Part shown: piece by piece, positions 50,751-64,000 of the stretch
Position numbering within the stretch: position 1 is the stretch's first letter
Layout of the letters: each line of letters begins with the position of its first letter
Notes under the pieces: model-generated
What the model saw: only the letters and a program-made list of their open reading frames with translations
Database searches by the model: none
Told to the model about the DNA's origin: nothing
Program-made: the position numbers and the translations under genes
DNA from: Octopus bimaculoides
Lineage: Eukaryota
NCBI RefSeq assembly: GCF_001194135.2
Contig: NC_068982.1
Coordinates: forward strand, 123,098,007 to 123,162,006
Length of the DNA: 64,000 nucleotides
Reading direction: 5' to 3'

Positions 50751-53700
50751 CTTTCTTTTTCTGTATAGTAGTAGATATATCTAATTTTAAGTTGAGGTAA
50801 ATAGAGGAACATGTCACTTCAACCCCCAAAATAATACACTGAACACGACAAGGACAGGTCTTATGAGGTTAAAAAGCCAATATCCTAGTTACTGGGTTGC
50901 TACACCTTGCTCCAGCTATCTTTTTCTTCTTAGAGCATGGATTTGTATGCTACTATTTTGGGTTCATGATACATTACTTGTTACAAGGCTATTGCAATTG
51001 ACAATGAAAACTTTTAATTTCTATTTACACATTTTTTATACGCCTAAGTATGCACTTGTGACCCAACGCATGAAAATGAATCCTTTTCTGCTGAAATTCT
51101 TGTTTTATATCATGTCTATCTTCTTAAATGTGATTTCAATAAACTGTATTCAACATTTTTATTTGAATAGTTTACTGTCTACTAATGTTGAGAACTTCAG
51201 TCAATAATTGTTATAGACAGTAAGCTAGTTTTTCATGACTTGTGTTACTTTTCTGGAAGACTGATTAGTTATTTAATTAGAAATATAATAGTCATCAATG
51301 ACACTTAACAGAACAAGCATCCTTCCAAATTCATTGAAATGGAAAATCATGTTTTTTAAAACTTGTACTTTTCTAGGAAATATTGTTTAAAATCCCCTAT
51401 CACTCACTAGTTTATTATCACTGCTGTTAGAATATTTAACAGCAGTGTGTATATAAGAGAGACATGGGAATGTATGTTTTTACTAGTGCATGGTACATGT
51501 CTATAGTTACGTTCATAATCAGTCTATTTTTTTAGTAGACAGTTAATTTCAGTTTTCACTATCAATGGCATTTATTCCTGCAGATGGACAGAATTATGCT
51601 AGGTGGCTTCTCTAGAGGAAATCAATTCTCATGACATTGCTTGATTTTATTTTTACAGCAGGTTGCTAACTTGTTTTTCAGTTAGGACTGAGATGGAATT
51701 AACTTTCCGATTATTTTCTGTGGCTTCTTATGAACAATTAGCCTGTGTTTCCTACAATAAATTTTGATGTCAATTTTGATTATGCTTTTAGTGTTCCTAA
51801 ATATTATTTTCTGTAATACCCAGAGCAGTTGTCTGCCATGCTCAATTGTTAATCATCAGATTACATTAAAATGATTTTGTTCAACTACTTGCAAACATAT
51901 AAGAAATTCTATCTCTTATGTAATATTTTCTTAGACAAATGTTTTTATCATGAGAATGAGTTTTTTCTTTTATTTTAGAGGTGAGAAAGGGGCAAATGCG
52001 AAACTGCTTAATGAAAGGTGACAGGTTGATTTCAAGAAATAGATTGAAACTATCAACTAGAAATGTACACTGAGTAGCATGAAATCTATGTTAAAATAAA
52101 ATTTTCAGTGTTCAGCCTCACATGATAAATACATTTCCTTGAGCTTAAATGTTTAGAAATAACCCAACTTCTAGTTACCATGAGCCCTTATTACTAAGTT
52201 ACACACACCTGCTCCTCTATGTTAATCATCTCGCAAATAACAAGATTTTTATATTTTCTTTACAGTAGATGCTGGTCTCACAAATAAACTATAAATGTAA
52301 TCAATGATGGTTGTTCATTTTGAGATCTTAAGGAGCAGGTGTATGATCAGTCAACCATTAATATAACTGTATTTGTTTATAAACTTGTTGCATTATCTAA
52401 TATGTGAGGATTGCATGTGGTAAATTTCTATATAATAATAATAAAAAAAAAAATCAAATCTAATGAAAGATGTTTCTCTTTTTAACATAATTATAGTTGT
52501 TTATTATAAAAGGAATCAGTTGAATTAAAAAAAAAAATTATGGCTAAATTCTTTCTTTTGAAAAAAATCCAAAACTCGTAATCAGAGTTGATTTAAATTG
52601 AAGAATGCTTTATCAAAGAGCCTGGAACTATTCATACTTTTCTAAAGCATGCACTTCCTTTTTACTGAATGGATGTAATTGATAAAAGAATTTTATTTGA
52701 AGAGAGATAGAGAGAGGTATTTTAATTTAATTTTCCCTGAACTTTGATACATACAGCTTTCCTGAATTAAACATTATTGTAAATACAAATATTGCAATAT
52801 CTGTTATGAATAATTCTGTTTTAATTATCATCTCTTGAAAAAAATGTGTGTGTGAGTGTAATTGTCTATTGTACACATGCAGGGTTCTGTATGTGCATGG
52901 TTAGGTTGGGTGTGTAGGCATGTTTGGTGTACTGTGTTTCCTGCAGCAAAAATAGTAATATCTGAATGGAGGAGCTTCGGTAACTTTAACACTCTGTATT
53001 TGATCTGCTGGAGGCAAACATTAGAGTCAGTAGTTGCCATGGTTAATTTCAAAGGCTTCAGAAAAAGTCAAGAAATGAATTAAATGGTGAAAAAATTGTA
53101 AGGAAAGGTTTTAACTCTATTAGAAAGTGTCATAAAGCCAATGAATTGGTTGATTTGACAACTGATCCCTGTGTATTTGTGTGTTGTATCCATTTTCATT
53201 CCCTCTTGTATATGTATATATTGGTTAACTGTTCTTTCTTGCAATCACAGGCTGTACTAAATCAACCTCAATAGCCATCTAATATATAGTGAACGTGCTG
53301 TTGTGGTAGTGGTTGAAATTATTAGTTTAGTAAGTTTTATTTCTATAAGTATTATTAACACTGAAGAAAGAAAGAAAACATGTTGACAAACGTGACACAA
53401 TTGTTAGAGATATAATAACCTGACATAACTGGATCTAAGAAGTCATTTGATATGACATATTAAATCATTGCAATTGTGCAAGGTTTGAATACTTATGTAG
53501 TCTCATGGTTATATATATATTGTACTATTAGGTTACGATTAGGGAAGTAGCTGGCTCAGGTTCATTTTAGTGCATATATTCAGTTGATATTTGCCTCAAA
53601 CTTAGTTTTCTCTTTGACAAATGTGTGACACAAAAGATGGTTTATTGAATTGATTTCAATAAAAGTACTGTATTTTTATATTTTGTCAAGTGTCAAAAGA

Positions 53701-54405
53701 ATGTTAAGGAAAGTTTAACCTTGCTGTTACTGAAACATGTAGTAATGAACAAAATGTTCCTAAGCATGTTGCCTACCTTCTTTACTTTTGTATTCTCGAA
53801 AGTTTTCTCGTGTTCTTTATATCTTAGATACTTATATAAATTGTTGTGGGGTGTGTTCTTTGATTTTTGTTTTGCAATGCTAGACGTCTCTTTTTCACTC
53901 CTAATCTTTTCAGTCAAGATAATGGCATGATCTTTGTTTGACTGAATGAAACAAGTAGAGAACTATGCATTGAGCAAGGTCATTATGCAATGTGAAAGAT
54001 AGTTTGTGAAAACAAAAATTTCTATAAGAAAGTAAATCGGCATGGTAGTTGGCTCCTAAGGTACTGAACAATATATCTTAAGTATATTACCTGAAACTTA
54101 ACAACCAAGTATTACATTTACTATATTTCTTCAATTAACTGATTTTGGAAACCTAGTACCATTCCACTTTTACATATGAACTGTTGATCTTAGAGAATTT
54201 TACTGTTAAAAAAAGGTCCAAAAATTCATATTGTTTTTAATGTAGAAAAATAAATAAACTTAGAAGCATTTAAATTATACCATAGCATACTGTATAAATT
54301 TAAAAAACAGGGCCTATTAGGTTTTCCTTTTTGAAATATAATTTCATGGTTTGAACTCTCTACGGTATTGTAAAACAATGATTTTAAAGGTATGAAAATT
54401 AGGTA

Positions 54406-54621
54406 AGCATTCACATTACTGTGTCAAATGTAATGCTTATTTATTCACATTGTTTTGAATTAATCATGAAGTATCTCATGGCTTTTAGATTTTAATGATG
54501 TGATTGTTTATTTTAGAATGACATTTTAGAGTTGGTATGAGAGGCCAGATGTGGTCAGTTCGAACATAAACAGATTGAATATTTGGGCCAGATATGGCTG
54601 GTTTAAATGTTAAAGAGTTAA
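54406..54621 (-). mobile_element. TTAA-ended MITE (piggyBac-like), copy 3
   Basis: Aligns with 5750-5968; ends aatgttaaagagttaa. Confidence 0.75.
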
Positions 54622-55336
54622 CGTATATGGATGCTATTTGCAAAGAATGTTTTGTTGCAAGCATTCAGACTACATGTTCAGCTGGGGTTTATTGTGATCA
54701 CATGGTACATTAACACTTCCTATACTCTTCTTAAAGTCAAAAATGCTAAATTTATTTCATCTTCTCATACGCATTGACTCCTATATGCTTTAGACCCCAT
54801 ACATTGCCTCTTACTAAATGCAAAATATCTTCTTAAATACATTTACTTTCTCTACTGTTCTCTCTGAAGATCCTCTAAAACTTTTTGATCACCTCTTCCT
54901 GCATCAAGGATGTCCACAACTTTTCACCCTCTTTCCAAACTGACACTGTGGGTGCAGAAACTGAGCCTTTTGCACTCATTGACTTTCTGCATCAGTTTGC
55001 TTTTGTCCTCTACATGCATCCCTGACTGATATATATCTTCTAAATATCTTTGATCTCTTTCTCATTGCCAAACTTATCCTACACCAAACTATCACTAATT
55101 CTCTTTCTATTTGGTCATTTGAACATTGCCTTACCATGATTAATCATTACACATCCACATATGCCGTGCTCTTCAATGTTTTGGGGTCAGCCAGTTTATT
55201 CATGGTAGCTTTTCCTTATAGCAAGCACATCTGCTTCACTCCTGACTCATTAATAACAGTTAAGCAGTTAATTGAAATTATCCTAAGACATGTCCTTCCA
55301 TAGACCACACGCAGGAAACTTATAGCTGTTTACATG

Positions 55337-55840
55337 ACACCAGCAGCAGTACTGTTTACGTTACACCAGGAGCAGTGCTGTTTACGTGACACCAGCAGCA
55401 GTGCTGTTTACGTTACACCAGCAGCAGTGCTGTTTACGTTACACCAGGAGCAGTGCTGTTTACGTGACACCAGGAGCAGTGCTGTTTACGTGACACCAGG
55501 AGCAGTGCTGTTTACGTGACACCAGCAGCAGTGCTGTTTACGTGACACCAGCAGCAGTGCTTGTTGCGTGGCACCANNNNNNNNNNNNNNNNNNNNNNNN
55601 NNNNNNNNNNNNNNNNNNNNNNNNNNNNNGTGGCACCAGCAGCAGCAGTGCTTGTTGCGTGGCACCAGCAGCAGCAGTGCTTGTTGCGTGGCACCAGCAG
55701 CAGCAGTGCTTGTTGCGTGGCACCAGCAGCAGCAGCGCTTGTTGCGTGGCACCAGCAGCAGCAGTGCTTTTTGCATGACACCAGCAGCAGTGCTTGTTGC
55801 GTGGCACCAGTACCCTTACCAATGCTTTTTACATGGCACC
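55337..55840. repeat. 26/29-bp minisatellite array spanning a gap
   Basis: About nine 26-mers (acaccagcagcagtgctgtttacgtg) left of the gap; five 29-mers (gcaccagcagcagcagtgcttgttgcgtg) plus one 26-mer and a degenerate unit right of it. Confidence 0.95.
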
Positions 55841-56405
55841 TTGGTTTTAGAATCTCAAATCTGTTGTGGTGGATGGGTCTTCTTGAGTACAGCAATGTGT
55901 CACATATCTCTGTCTTCTATCATCTTTGTAAGGATCAATGTTTTGTGATTGGCCTTCAATACTTGGCAATTCAAAATAGCAATGACTGCATTGCAAAGAC
56001 TGACCCCACCCCGGGACCAAAAATACATCAGCCCACATCCGCTACTAATTTTCTACTAAGCCCATGTGGGGCTTACAATGAGGTGCTGCTCCCAAAATCT
56101 ACAATGGCGCTGTTTCTACACATACACGCATGCACGCACTATGCATCAAAACAAAAATGGACTACCTGATTGATTGTCATGAACTTGTTCACTTCTACAC
56201 CCCTTATACATGCTGCCTCTTCTGCAAGTGGCCAAGAGCAATATTAACCACATCAGTTTTACCAGCCTGAATGTTTGCAAAAATTCATGACTATAGATCA
56301 ATCCCTTTCCCAACAAACCTCAATTTGCAGTGTGTGGAGTATGGTATGATGATCACAAATTTACCAAAAGATAGACTTTATACAATCTTGTTGTAGTGAC
56401 TACAT

Positions 56406-56406
56406 T

Positions 56407-56441
<35 letters not shown>

Positions 56442-56442
56442 C
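56406..56442. repeat. (GCAC)n microsatellite
   Basis: Directly visible. Confidence 0.95.
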
Positions 56443-57579
56443 ATATAACATCTCTAACATTTATAATGATAACTGCATAAGCATAAAATCAAAAGGGTTT
56501 TTATAAACAATGTCAACATATCTTTCAGTGGCTGCTAAGAAGAAACTTGTTAGATTTTACTTGACTGTCAGTCTTCACTCAACTTTTCTAAGTCTTCTTC
56601 AGGACATTCAGTGTAATGTAGTGAAAAAATGATAGCTAGAAAAATTAAGATTTTCCAGCTGATGTCTACTCAATCGGGACTGACTGAGAACAATCTAGAA
56701 TGACTGCAAAGAGACAATTATGCATGTTCATATTTATTGATAATTTTGTTCTGCTGGCATGACATGGATAGCTGTTCAGTTTAATTTCCTCTTGCTGATT
56801 TGTTTACTAACCCTTAATTAGCTACCATCTTGACTGAAATAAACACTTGTTTATAAGGTAACTTGAAACTCTTACTAAACCCACTTGACTAGTCATTAAT
56901 TGTTATGCTAGTAATTAAGCATTGAAAGGAGGGAGTATTGTTACTTAATACTAGACATGTACACAAAAAGTTAATATAGAGTGACATATTATGTAAGCAT
57001 GTGGCAAATATAGCAATATTTAACAGTAAATAAATCATTCAGCGAGATTGATCTATTTTTACACTAACTTACGAATCAATCTGGTTATTGGAGAACTCAG
57101 TTTATAGACTTGGTAATCAATAACTAATACAATGCTGTTACAACTTAGTATAGTTAGACAATTGATAAGCTTATAAATCAGGTTAGATTTGAATGAGTTA
57201 TGAACAGGATGTTTACTTTTATATTATACGTTGCTTACATTGAAAGAATACATATGCATGCAGCCTTATAAGTAATGTATATGGAAAGAAAGAGATAGTT
57301 GCTTATAAGTCATACTATCATCTTATTTTGAATGTTAGTAAATCACTGTTGGAAATGTCCAGTACCATGAAAATTGTAATTGTTACTAAATATTATCTGT
57401 TTTTAGTCATATAAGAAGAAAAAAAAAAAAGCTGGACATTGACTATAATCCTTGATGACTCCTATATATTACAAAACTGATGATCATTCATATTTTCAAG
57501 GATTTTTCTAAATTCTTATTAATGTAATAACATTTGGGTTTCTCACAACCAGTATGTTTACATTGTTTCCTTGGTTACA

Positions 57580-57750
57580 GGCACAGGCATAGCTGTGTAA
57601 TTAAGAGGCTTACTTCCCAACTAGGTGGTTTCAAGTTCAGCTTTACTATACAACACCTTTAACAAGTGTCTGCTACTATAGCTCCAGGCAGATTTGTGAC
57701 TGAATTTGATACACAGAAACTGAAAGAAGCCCAGTGTGAGTGAATGTGTG
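57580..57750 (+). mobile_element. SINE family A, 5' half
   Basis: aggcacaggcatagctgtgtaattaag...ctactatagctcc...gaaactgaaagaagccc. Confidence 0.65.
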
Positions 57751-57799
57751 TACACATACACACATCACTTTATCTTCACATTATGTTGTAAACATCTTC

Positions 57800-58125
57800 C
57801 AGGGTACATTCTTCCACTTATGAAGTGCCCGTGTACAACTCATTGCCTCATTGCCATAAGCTTGCTAAAGCATGCTCGATGTCTCTAGTAGACTTCCCAA
57901 GTTTAACACACAATTTCATGTTGGCTCTTTGTCTCTGTCCATAACAAAATCACAGACTACAGCGTACACTTGATCACAAAAACATGAATTACACAACTTT
58001 CGAAGTATACACAGCAACGTCACTCAGCACACTGCCTCATGAAGGTCACTGCTAGCTCTGACTGTGCATGCAACCGTGTGCTGCCATCTGTTGGTTCACT
58101 ACAGAACTAATCTGAGAACTTTTTG
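57800..58125 (-). mobile_element. mariner 5' fragment (TIR plus N-terminal HTH of transposase)
   Basis: Minus strand ...RANMKLCVKLGKS then, after a frameshift, ETSSML*QAYGNEAMSCTR (cf. mariner R.NIKFC.KLGKS.TET..ML..AYG.EAMSR). TIR-like tcaaaaagttctcagattag. Confidence 0.8.
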
Positions 58126-58172
58126 ATAATTTTCTTTGAACTATGCTTATAGCATAGTTCAAAGAAAATTAT
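58126..58172. other. Perfect 22-bp inverted repeat with a 3-nt loop
   Basis: ataattttctttgaactatgct-tat-agcatagttcaaagaaaattat. Confidence 0.95.
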
Positions 58173-61100
58173 TCCGGCTCCAGCTTGGATAGCAGTCATA
58201 CATCTTCATCAAAATTCAGAAAGTTTGCTGATATTTTATGCTGCATATTCATATCAATCCATGTCAATATGAATAAACATATAAAACCAATAATAAGCCT
58301 CATGTATATCTTGCAAGTTTAACTAAATCCCTGATGGAGGGGTATGGGAGTTGAGTTAAGGTATTGTAGCTTTCCACTTATAATTAAAATCAAGCTATTG
58401 ACTTTATTACTTGTCTTCTTCAACTAAGATATCTTGTAAATATTTTTACTTTGCTGATATAGTGTAGGAAAGGAATTAGCATTATGTTCGTCACTTGTCT
58501 TTTAAGAGTTAATTGGGTTAGTTTAGTTTGAATTTCTGAAAGTTTGTGGTTATAGACTGGTTGGTGAATGAAACTTCTGAATGCCGTTTTTATAGATTTG
58601 CTCAAAAATATTTGTGTGTAGGAACTTGTAATCTCTCATATAAGATTGTAGTCTGTTGTACTGGTTGCACTTCAGAATTCTAGTTGTCGTCAGAAACTGA
58701 TGAGAGCTGAAGTATTTTCTTACCTTGAAAAAAGATGCAGTTTTCACAGTGTTGTAGATATGTTATTGTCATATGAAGTCATCAAAAATTGTAAGGCCTA
58801 GAATTTGTAGTGATTGAAAGGGTTTTGTGTTGTCCATGAATTGTGAAGACCTGGGGGTTAATAAAATAGGGAGTAATACAGTGAGGGTTGATTCAATTGA
58901 ATACTTGTCCCAGTATAAATATAATATTAAGTTAAAACTTTACTAGTTTTATCCATCTTTTTGCTGAAACTGCATGATCTCTATCAATCTCTATTGGCAA
59001 GCAATACTGTTGAAGAAATTTAATTCAACCGGATATTCCCCTCCTCACCCACAAAAAGCTACTCTCTTATAACAGGAAATATTACAAAATTAATTGGAAT
59101 TTGTCGTGTATTTATTTTTCCCAGCACCTAATGTATAACTTTTTCTCTGTTATTTTAATGTTGCTGCTTTCTAATAGTGCAATTTATTGTTTGGAGGATA
59201 TATTCTGTTATTTGCAATATCTAACTTTTTCAATTATATTCTCCTGCTTGTGTTAATGTGAATGGGTTACACCATTGTCAGTTTTTGACATTACCTCCTA
59301 TTTTCCTGTGCACGTTTTTATAGCTTTATTTTCTTCTTGACATTTCCTTTATGCCTTTTGAAAGAAGCTGACAGAGATATTTTATAGCAGCAGCTTGAGT
59401 GATGGTGATAGCAGCTCTTCTAAATCTAGTAAAACTTAAAATTAGGAAGATTTAAAAAAAAGTTTGGAATATATAAAAAAATTAAAAAAAACATTAACAA
59501 ATATAGCTAACAATAAAATAATTAAACAGTGAAGCTACATGCCAAAATAAACTAATTTTCATAACACAAATTAAATATTACAGGTTTGAAAAGGAGTAGG
59601 AAGAAGCATAAGCTTATTTATTCTTATCTCCTTTCAAATTACGTCTCCATTAACTCATATCTACAGTTTATAAACAATTACCCCAGTTTTATACATGACC
59701 CAACTATCCACCTGGTGTCAATAAAATAAAAGCTTAATTATCCCAGCCCTTTCTCATCCCCCACACTATTTACATGAATAATGTTTGTACTTCAGTTTCA
59801 CATCCAAACTATTCCACAAATTCACTCCCCAGAGTGAAATACACTTACTCTTCATAATTGTGTAAATTCAAACTTTCTCAATATATCTATACTTAAACTT
59901 GAATATTCATTTCTAATAATACTGTTTAACACACTGTGTACTTTTAATATTGCTTTTATTATTCTCACATATAATATTTATTCTTATATACCCTCATGAT
60001 ATTAGTCATCTTATATTTTTTATAATAGCAACAAGCTTGATTACATGTAACAAATACTCAGACCAAAATCACAGACAGAATGAAAGCAACTGGTTTTGCC
60101 ATGCTTTTATGTTCTTCAGCATGTCAATCATTTTTCTGTTTTAAAATTATTTTAACATTGTTCAATGTGACTGACTAAAAAATAAAACTGAACCAACAAA
60201 TATATGGTACTTTTTGATAACTCCAAAGAAGGAGCAATTGTCACACCTGTGTCAGTGACACTTCTTTAATGTTTTTACATGTTCTTCAATAATCTAAATT
60301 CACTTTTAATTATTATTATAAACAACAGTTGAGATGGCAGCACTAGTATTGTTTTTGAGTTTGGGTTACATATGGTATGGCTTATCAAATATTCATAGGA
60401 TCTGGAGATCTTGTCTAGATGATCTAAAATTCAGATCAAGTTGATTGTAATTGGTGTTATGATCTCTCTTAACCTTCATGTTAAACTGGTCATCTGTGTA
60501 CTATCAGCTGATATCATTGAAGAGATTTTTTTCCTACTCATTAACATTTTCCATATTCTGAAATTGATAATCAATATATTTAAAAATTTTCATACACATT
60601 TTTTCATATTCTTTAATTCTTGTTTGTTGTTCATCATCATCTATAAATAGAGATGAATGACTTCTGTTGGGACAATTCATAGTTGTCTGTAGAGTATTCA
60701 TTCCATTTGAGATTATTATACTTTACTTTGATGTATTGTTCTTTTGGTCTCACTAGTATTTGTCTAATTCTTCCTTATTTCTATTGATCATCACTTTAGC
60801 TTCTTCTGTTAAGTTTTGTTATTCATGTAGATTGTATCATCCTCTGTCTTTCAAAAATCAAGCCTTTATGACAATGTCCACATTCCTTTTTGTCAAAGGA
60901 AAATATTTGATCCCTTTAACTGATTTGTTTGTGAAATGTTATTTTCTGTTTCCTAGTTGTAAATAATATTATTGCTGGTTTATCTTTCCATTTTTTATTT
61001 CTTTTTCTTGAGGGATAGATTAACATGCCTTTATTAATATTTTTACCTCAAGTCTCTTAGTCTACAAGAAAACAGTCACCTGATTCTCTATAGAAACAGT

Positions 61101-62953
61101 AGCTCCTTGCTACTCACCCTTGTATATGACCGGGTTTATTGTCTATCCCAGAAAACAATGTTGTTCATTCTTCTGTCATATTTCAAATAAGCTACATATT
61201 TTCCCAGATGTATGATGCTTTTTTCTTTTACCTTCTCAGCATTGTGTAGCTTTTATACTTCCTACACAAAGCCCATAACATTTTTTGTTAGTCTGACTGC
61301 AGCCACCCACTTTATGATATAGATTTTAAAAACAAAACAAACAAAAATCTCTTTGGTAATATACTAATCTAGTTAAATATTGTTTCTATCTTTCTCCTTC
61401 ATTCTCTTATCTGTTCTCTATTTTATTGCTAATAACAATTTCCCTAATGGAGTTTCAGAACATGAACTTATTTGAAGAAAGAAAACTGTACTATACTTTG
61501 ATTTATTATGCATGACTGGGCAATTTTACAGTGGCTCTTTTGAAAGATTCATATTCAAATATTTCCAAAATTGCATCATAGCATTTTCTCTATGATCAAT
61601 CAGTTATTTAGCTGTAATCATTGTCTATATATGACTTACTATGGGGGCCTTAGGTCCTTAACCCCCAAAATTACTTCACAACAAGACTCTTTACTTATAA
61701 AAAATATATTAATTCATTTACTATGCAATGCTTCATATAATTAAAAGATTGACTATAACTTATGAAGAACAGCCTGAGCGCAATCTGCAGAATATGTGTG
61801 AAAGATTGCTAAGATAAGTTCAATGTAGACAACTTGAGAAAGTGTTTAATTGTAAGAGGCATTGATTACTGACAGAGAAATGATTGCTGATTAAGAGAAG
61901 AACTTGTAAAGAGAATTGAGGATGCTATTTGTGTAAAGAAAGAGTAATGTTTGATGGCATACAGAGATAGAACAATGAAGGCGGTAAGTAGATAGGTTCA
62001 GATGATGTTAGAACAGCAGACTTAAACATTTCATGCTTGCAAAAAGGAGAGTGGGAGAGAGAGAGAGAGAAAGATGTACAAAGTATTGAAAGCTTGCATA
62101 ACCTATTGGAAAATAGAACAATTAGTTGGAACTAGTGTATTGAACAAACATATCCAGTAACCAAGTATTAGTAAGCCCTAAGAAAATCTAATTTTGTATG
62201 CCTGTGTGCAGGTGTACTTTCTTCATGAGTTTATCCCAAGTTAAGTTCAATAAGTGTGACTACAGGCAAGATAGCAAATGCTGTTTTTGTATTGGTTATT
62301 ATCAGGTCATGATGTAAGAGTAGAGTCTGGTAAATAGAAAACCATTGACATGAAGAGAATCTAAATTTCTTTTGGTAATTTCAAAGAGAAAGGAAAAATG
62401 GAATTTGTTGGAATTGGAGAGATTCCCAGAATATACCGAGGCATTGATTTTAAGTTGTTTCTTTAACTCCCACATTCTTTTCTTCTGTTTTCTTTCTTTC
62501 TAATAGACATCTCAAAAGTAGTTCGATTTTAATAAATTTACATATAATGTAAGTATCAAGAAAACATTGTTATTTATGTTTCTTGGAAGAAATCTATTTA
62601 CATTGGTATCTCATATAACATACAGTATATCTCTAAGTTACTGGAATTATTTGCAATCATTAGAATTGCTAATTAAAACTATAAAAAAATAAAAAAATCA
62701 AAAAAATCAATAACATAATATATTCTTAATACAACATTTGGTAAAAGATGTCAGAAAAATAGAAGAGAAAAATAACCTGTATAACAAACATGTTCCTATG
62801 TTATATGTCTTTCAAGCAAAAGTCATGACTTAGCTAACTGGAGAAAGTTCTTTGCTATTGACATAAAGATTACAAGTTCAAATTCTGGTACTAAAATTAC
62901 ACCCAAAGAGAAAATACCATTATCTATTTGCCGTTTCTACTTTATTTCACCAG

Positions 62954-62989
62954 GATTCAAGAATATGCTGTTACAGATAATATTCAGCA
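62954..62989 (+). CDS. Candidate 36-nt exon (IQEYAVTDNIQ), gene unknown
   Basis: Acceptor ctactttatttcaccag, donor gtaaat; phase-compatible with 63224-63344. Confidence 0.25.
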
Positions 62990-63223
62990 GTAAATGAACT
63001 AATATGGATTATTTTATGTAAAATAAATAATTTTCTCAATGTTTTCTTCTCCATTTTGTACTCACCCTCATTTCTTTAAAGTTCAGATACTTGGCAAATG
63101 AAGTTGATGCATTTCATTTTTTTAAATTTTACCTTTTTGTTCATAAAATGTAAAAATTCAGTGCCCCCCCCCCCAACCACCACCACACATATATAATATT
63201 TATTTATTCATTTTATTTTTCAG

Positions 63224-63344
63224 AGTTGAACTTGCAAATAACTGTGTAAAATGGGGTTGCCAATTTTGCTTCCTCTGCAAGATGACAGCAAATGCCTCGA
63301 ATGTAGTGTTGGAACCTTGTATATGCAGAGTATCAATACGGAAG
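63224..63344 (+). CDS. Candidate 121-nt exon (VELANNCVKWGCQFCFLCKMTANASNVVLEPCICRVSIRK, or an ATG-initiated MGLPILLPLQDDSKCLECSVG...), gene unknown
   Basis: Strong acceptor attttatttttcag, donor GAAG|gtaaac, one fully open frame, locally higher GC. Confidence 0.35.
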
Positions 63345-63375
63345 GTAAACATCTTGAAATGCTATCATAACTTAC

Positions 63376-63445
63376 TTCCTGTCATTAATCTTTTAAATCT
63401 GTCCATCATTTCTCTCTCTTTCTTTCCATTTCACACTTCCATCAC
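63376..63445 (-). other. Candidate 70-nt exon with stops in all three frames (UTR, non-coding or partly coding)
   Basis: Acceptor (T)n-AG, donor GGAA|gtaagt. Confidence 0.3.
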
Positions 63446-63832
63446 CTAAAAAAAAAAAAAAAAAAAAAACTAGTAGTAATTTTCTGAATCATTTCCTACT
63501 TGCTTAAAAACAAAAATTATTGCTATTTTATGGATGTAAAACAGCACAAAAAAAAAAAGATCTTATTTGAATTATCAACTTTTTACTTCATTTTATGAGT
63601 GCATGCTGTATTTATAGTTTTATACTGCTTTACAGATGATAATCCTGCCAGGTGCTATTTTCTTTTACTTGATAATTATCTTTAAAGGGATACAAATAGG
63701 GATTTGTATAAAATCTGTTAAAATATTGTGGAGAACGATTTATAGGCCCATTATAACTTGAAAACCGTACAGGATGTAAGGTGATTCATAAAGAATTATT
63801 TAAAATTACAAAAAAAGAAATACTCTCTTCAC

Positions 63833-64000
63833 CTGTAAGACATTTGCTATCTACTTGTAATTTATCATCATTGCCATCAGTTTCATTATCATTAATCCTA
63901 ATATCATCAGTGATGGCCTCAACAGAATCTACTCCATCATCAACAGTTGCATTAGCCCCTATTATCATTAACAACAAAAACAATTGTAGAATGTCTTTTT
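63833..64000 (-). CDS. Candidate exon running off the window edge: hydrophobic then Asp-rich peptide (KDILQLFLLLMIIGANATVDDGVDSVEAITDD...DKLQVDSKCLT)
   Basis: Open frame to the window end and donor ACAG|gtgaag. The antisense plus-strand frame is also open, so the strand is ambiguous. Confidence 0.25.

Noticed and set aside
50863-51207. 114-aa plus-strand ORF
   Set aside because: F/L/I-rich translation of T-rich sequence with no domain or splice support.
55337-55840. CRISPR-like array or polyQ/polyA protein
   Set aside because: Units are contiguous with no unique spacers and there are no cas genes. The ORFs are translations of a tandem repeat derived from a SINE.

Overview
AT-rich, microsatellite-dense eukaryotic DNA with five N-gaps (6883-6892, 18721-19242, 24035-24189, 28139-28342, 55577-55629). 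From memory the SINE families look like those of Octopus, so a coleoid cephalopod draft assembly is inferred, not verified. I cannot confidently identify any cellular protein-coding gene, rRNA, true tRNA or CRISPR array. Most supplied ORFs are microsatellite, gap-spanning or antisense-to-transposon artefacts. What the sequence does support is a layered record of transposon remnants: an RTE-type LINE, CR1-like LINE ends, DD37D and DD41D Tc1/mariner remnants, a mariner 5' fragment, a Helitron helicase remnant, hAT and TTAA-type MITEs, and several tRNA-derived SINE families. Low-confidence splice-site-bounded candidate exons occur near both ends. Best leads: (1) a long-inverted-repeat element at 36.3-36.9 kb with two RFX X-boxes, an NRF1-type palindrome and paired CCAAT boxes; (2) an 89-nt hairpin at 18194-18282; (3) a SINE nested in a hAT MITE with both target-site duplications intact; (4) a minisatellite expanded from a SINE internal unit; (5) a recursive-splice-like site; (6) opposing-strand candidate exons at 63-64 kb. 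None is shown to be a new biological system.
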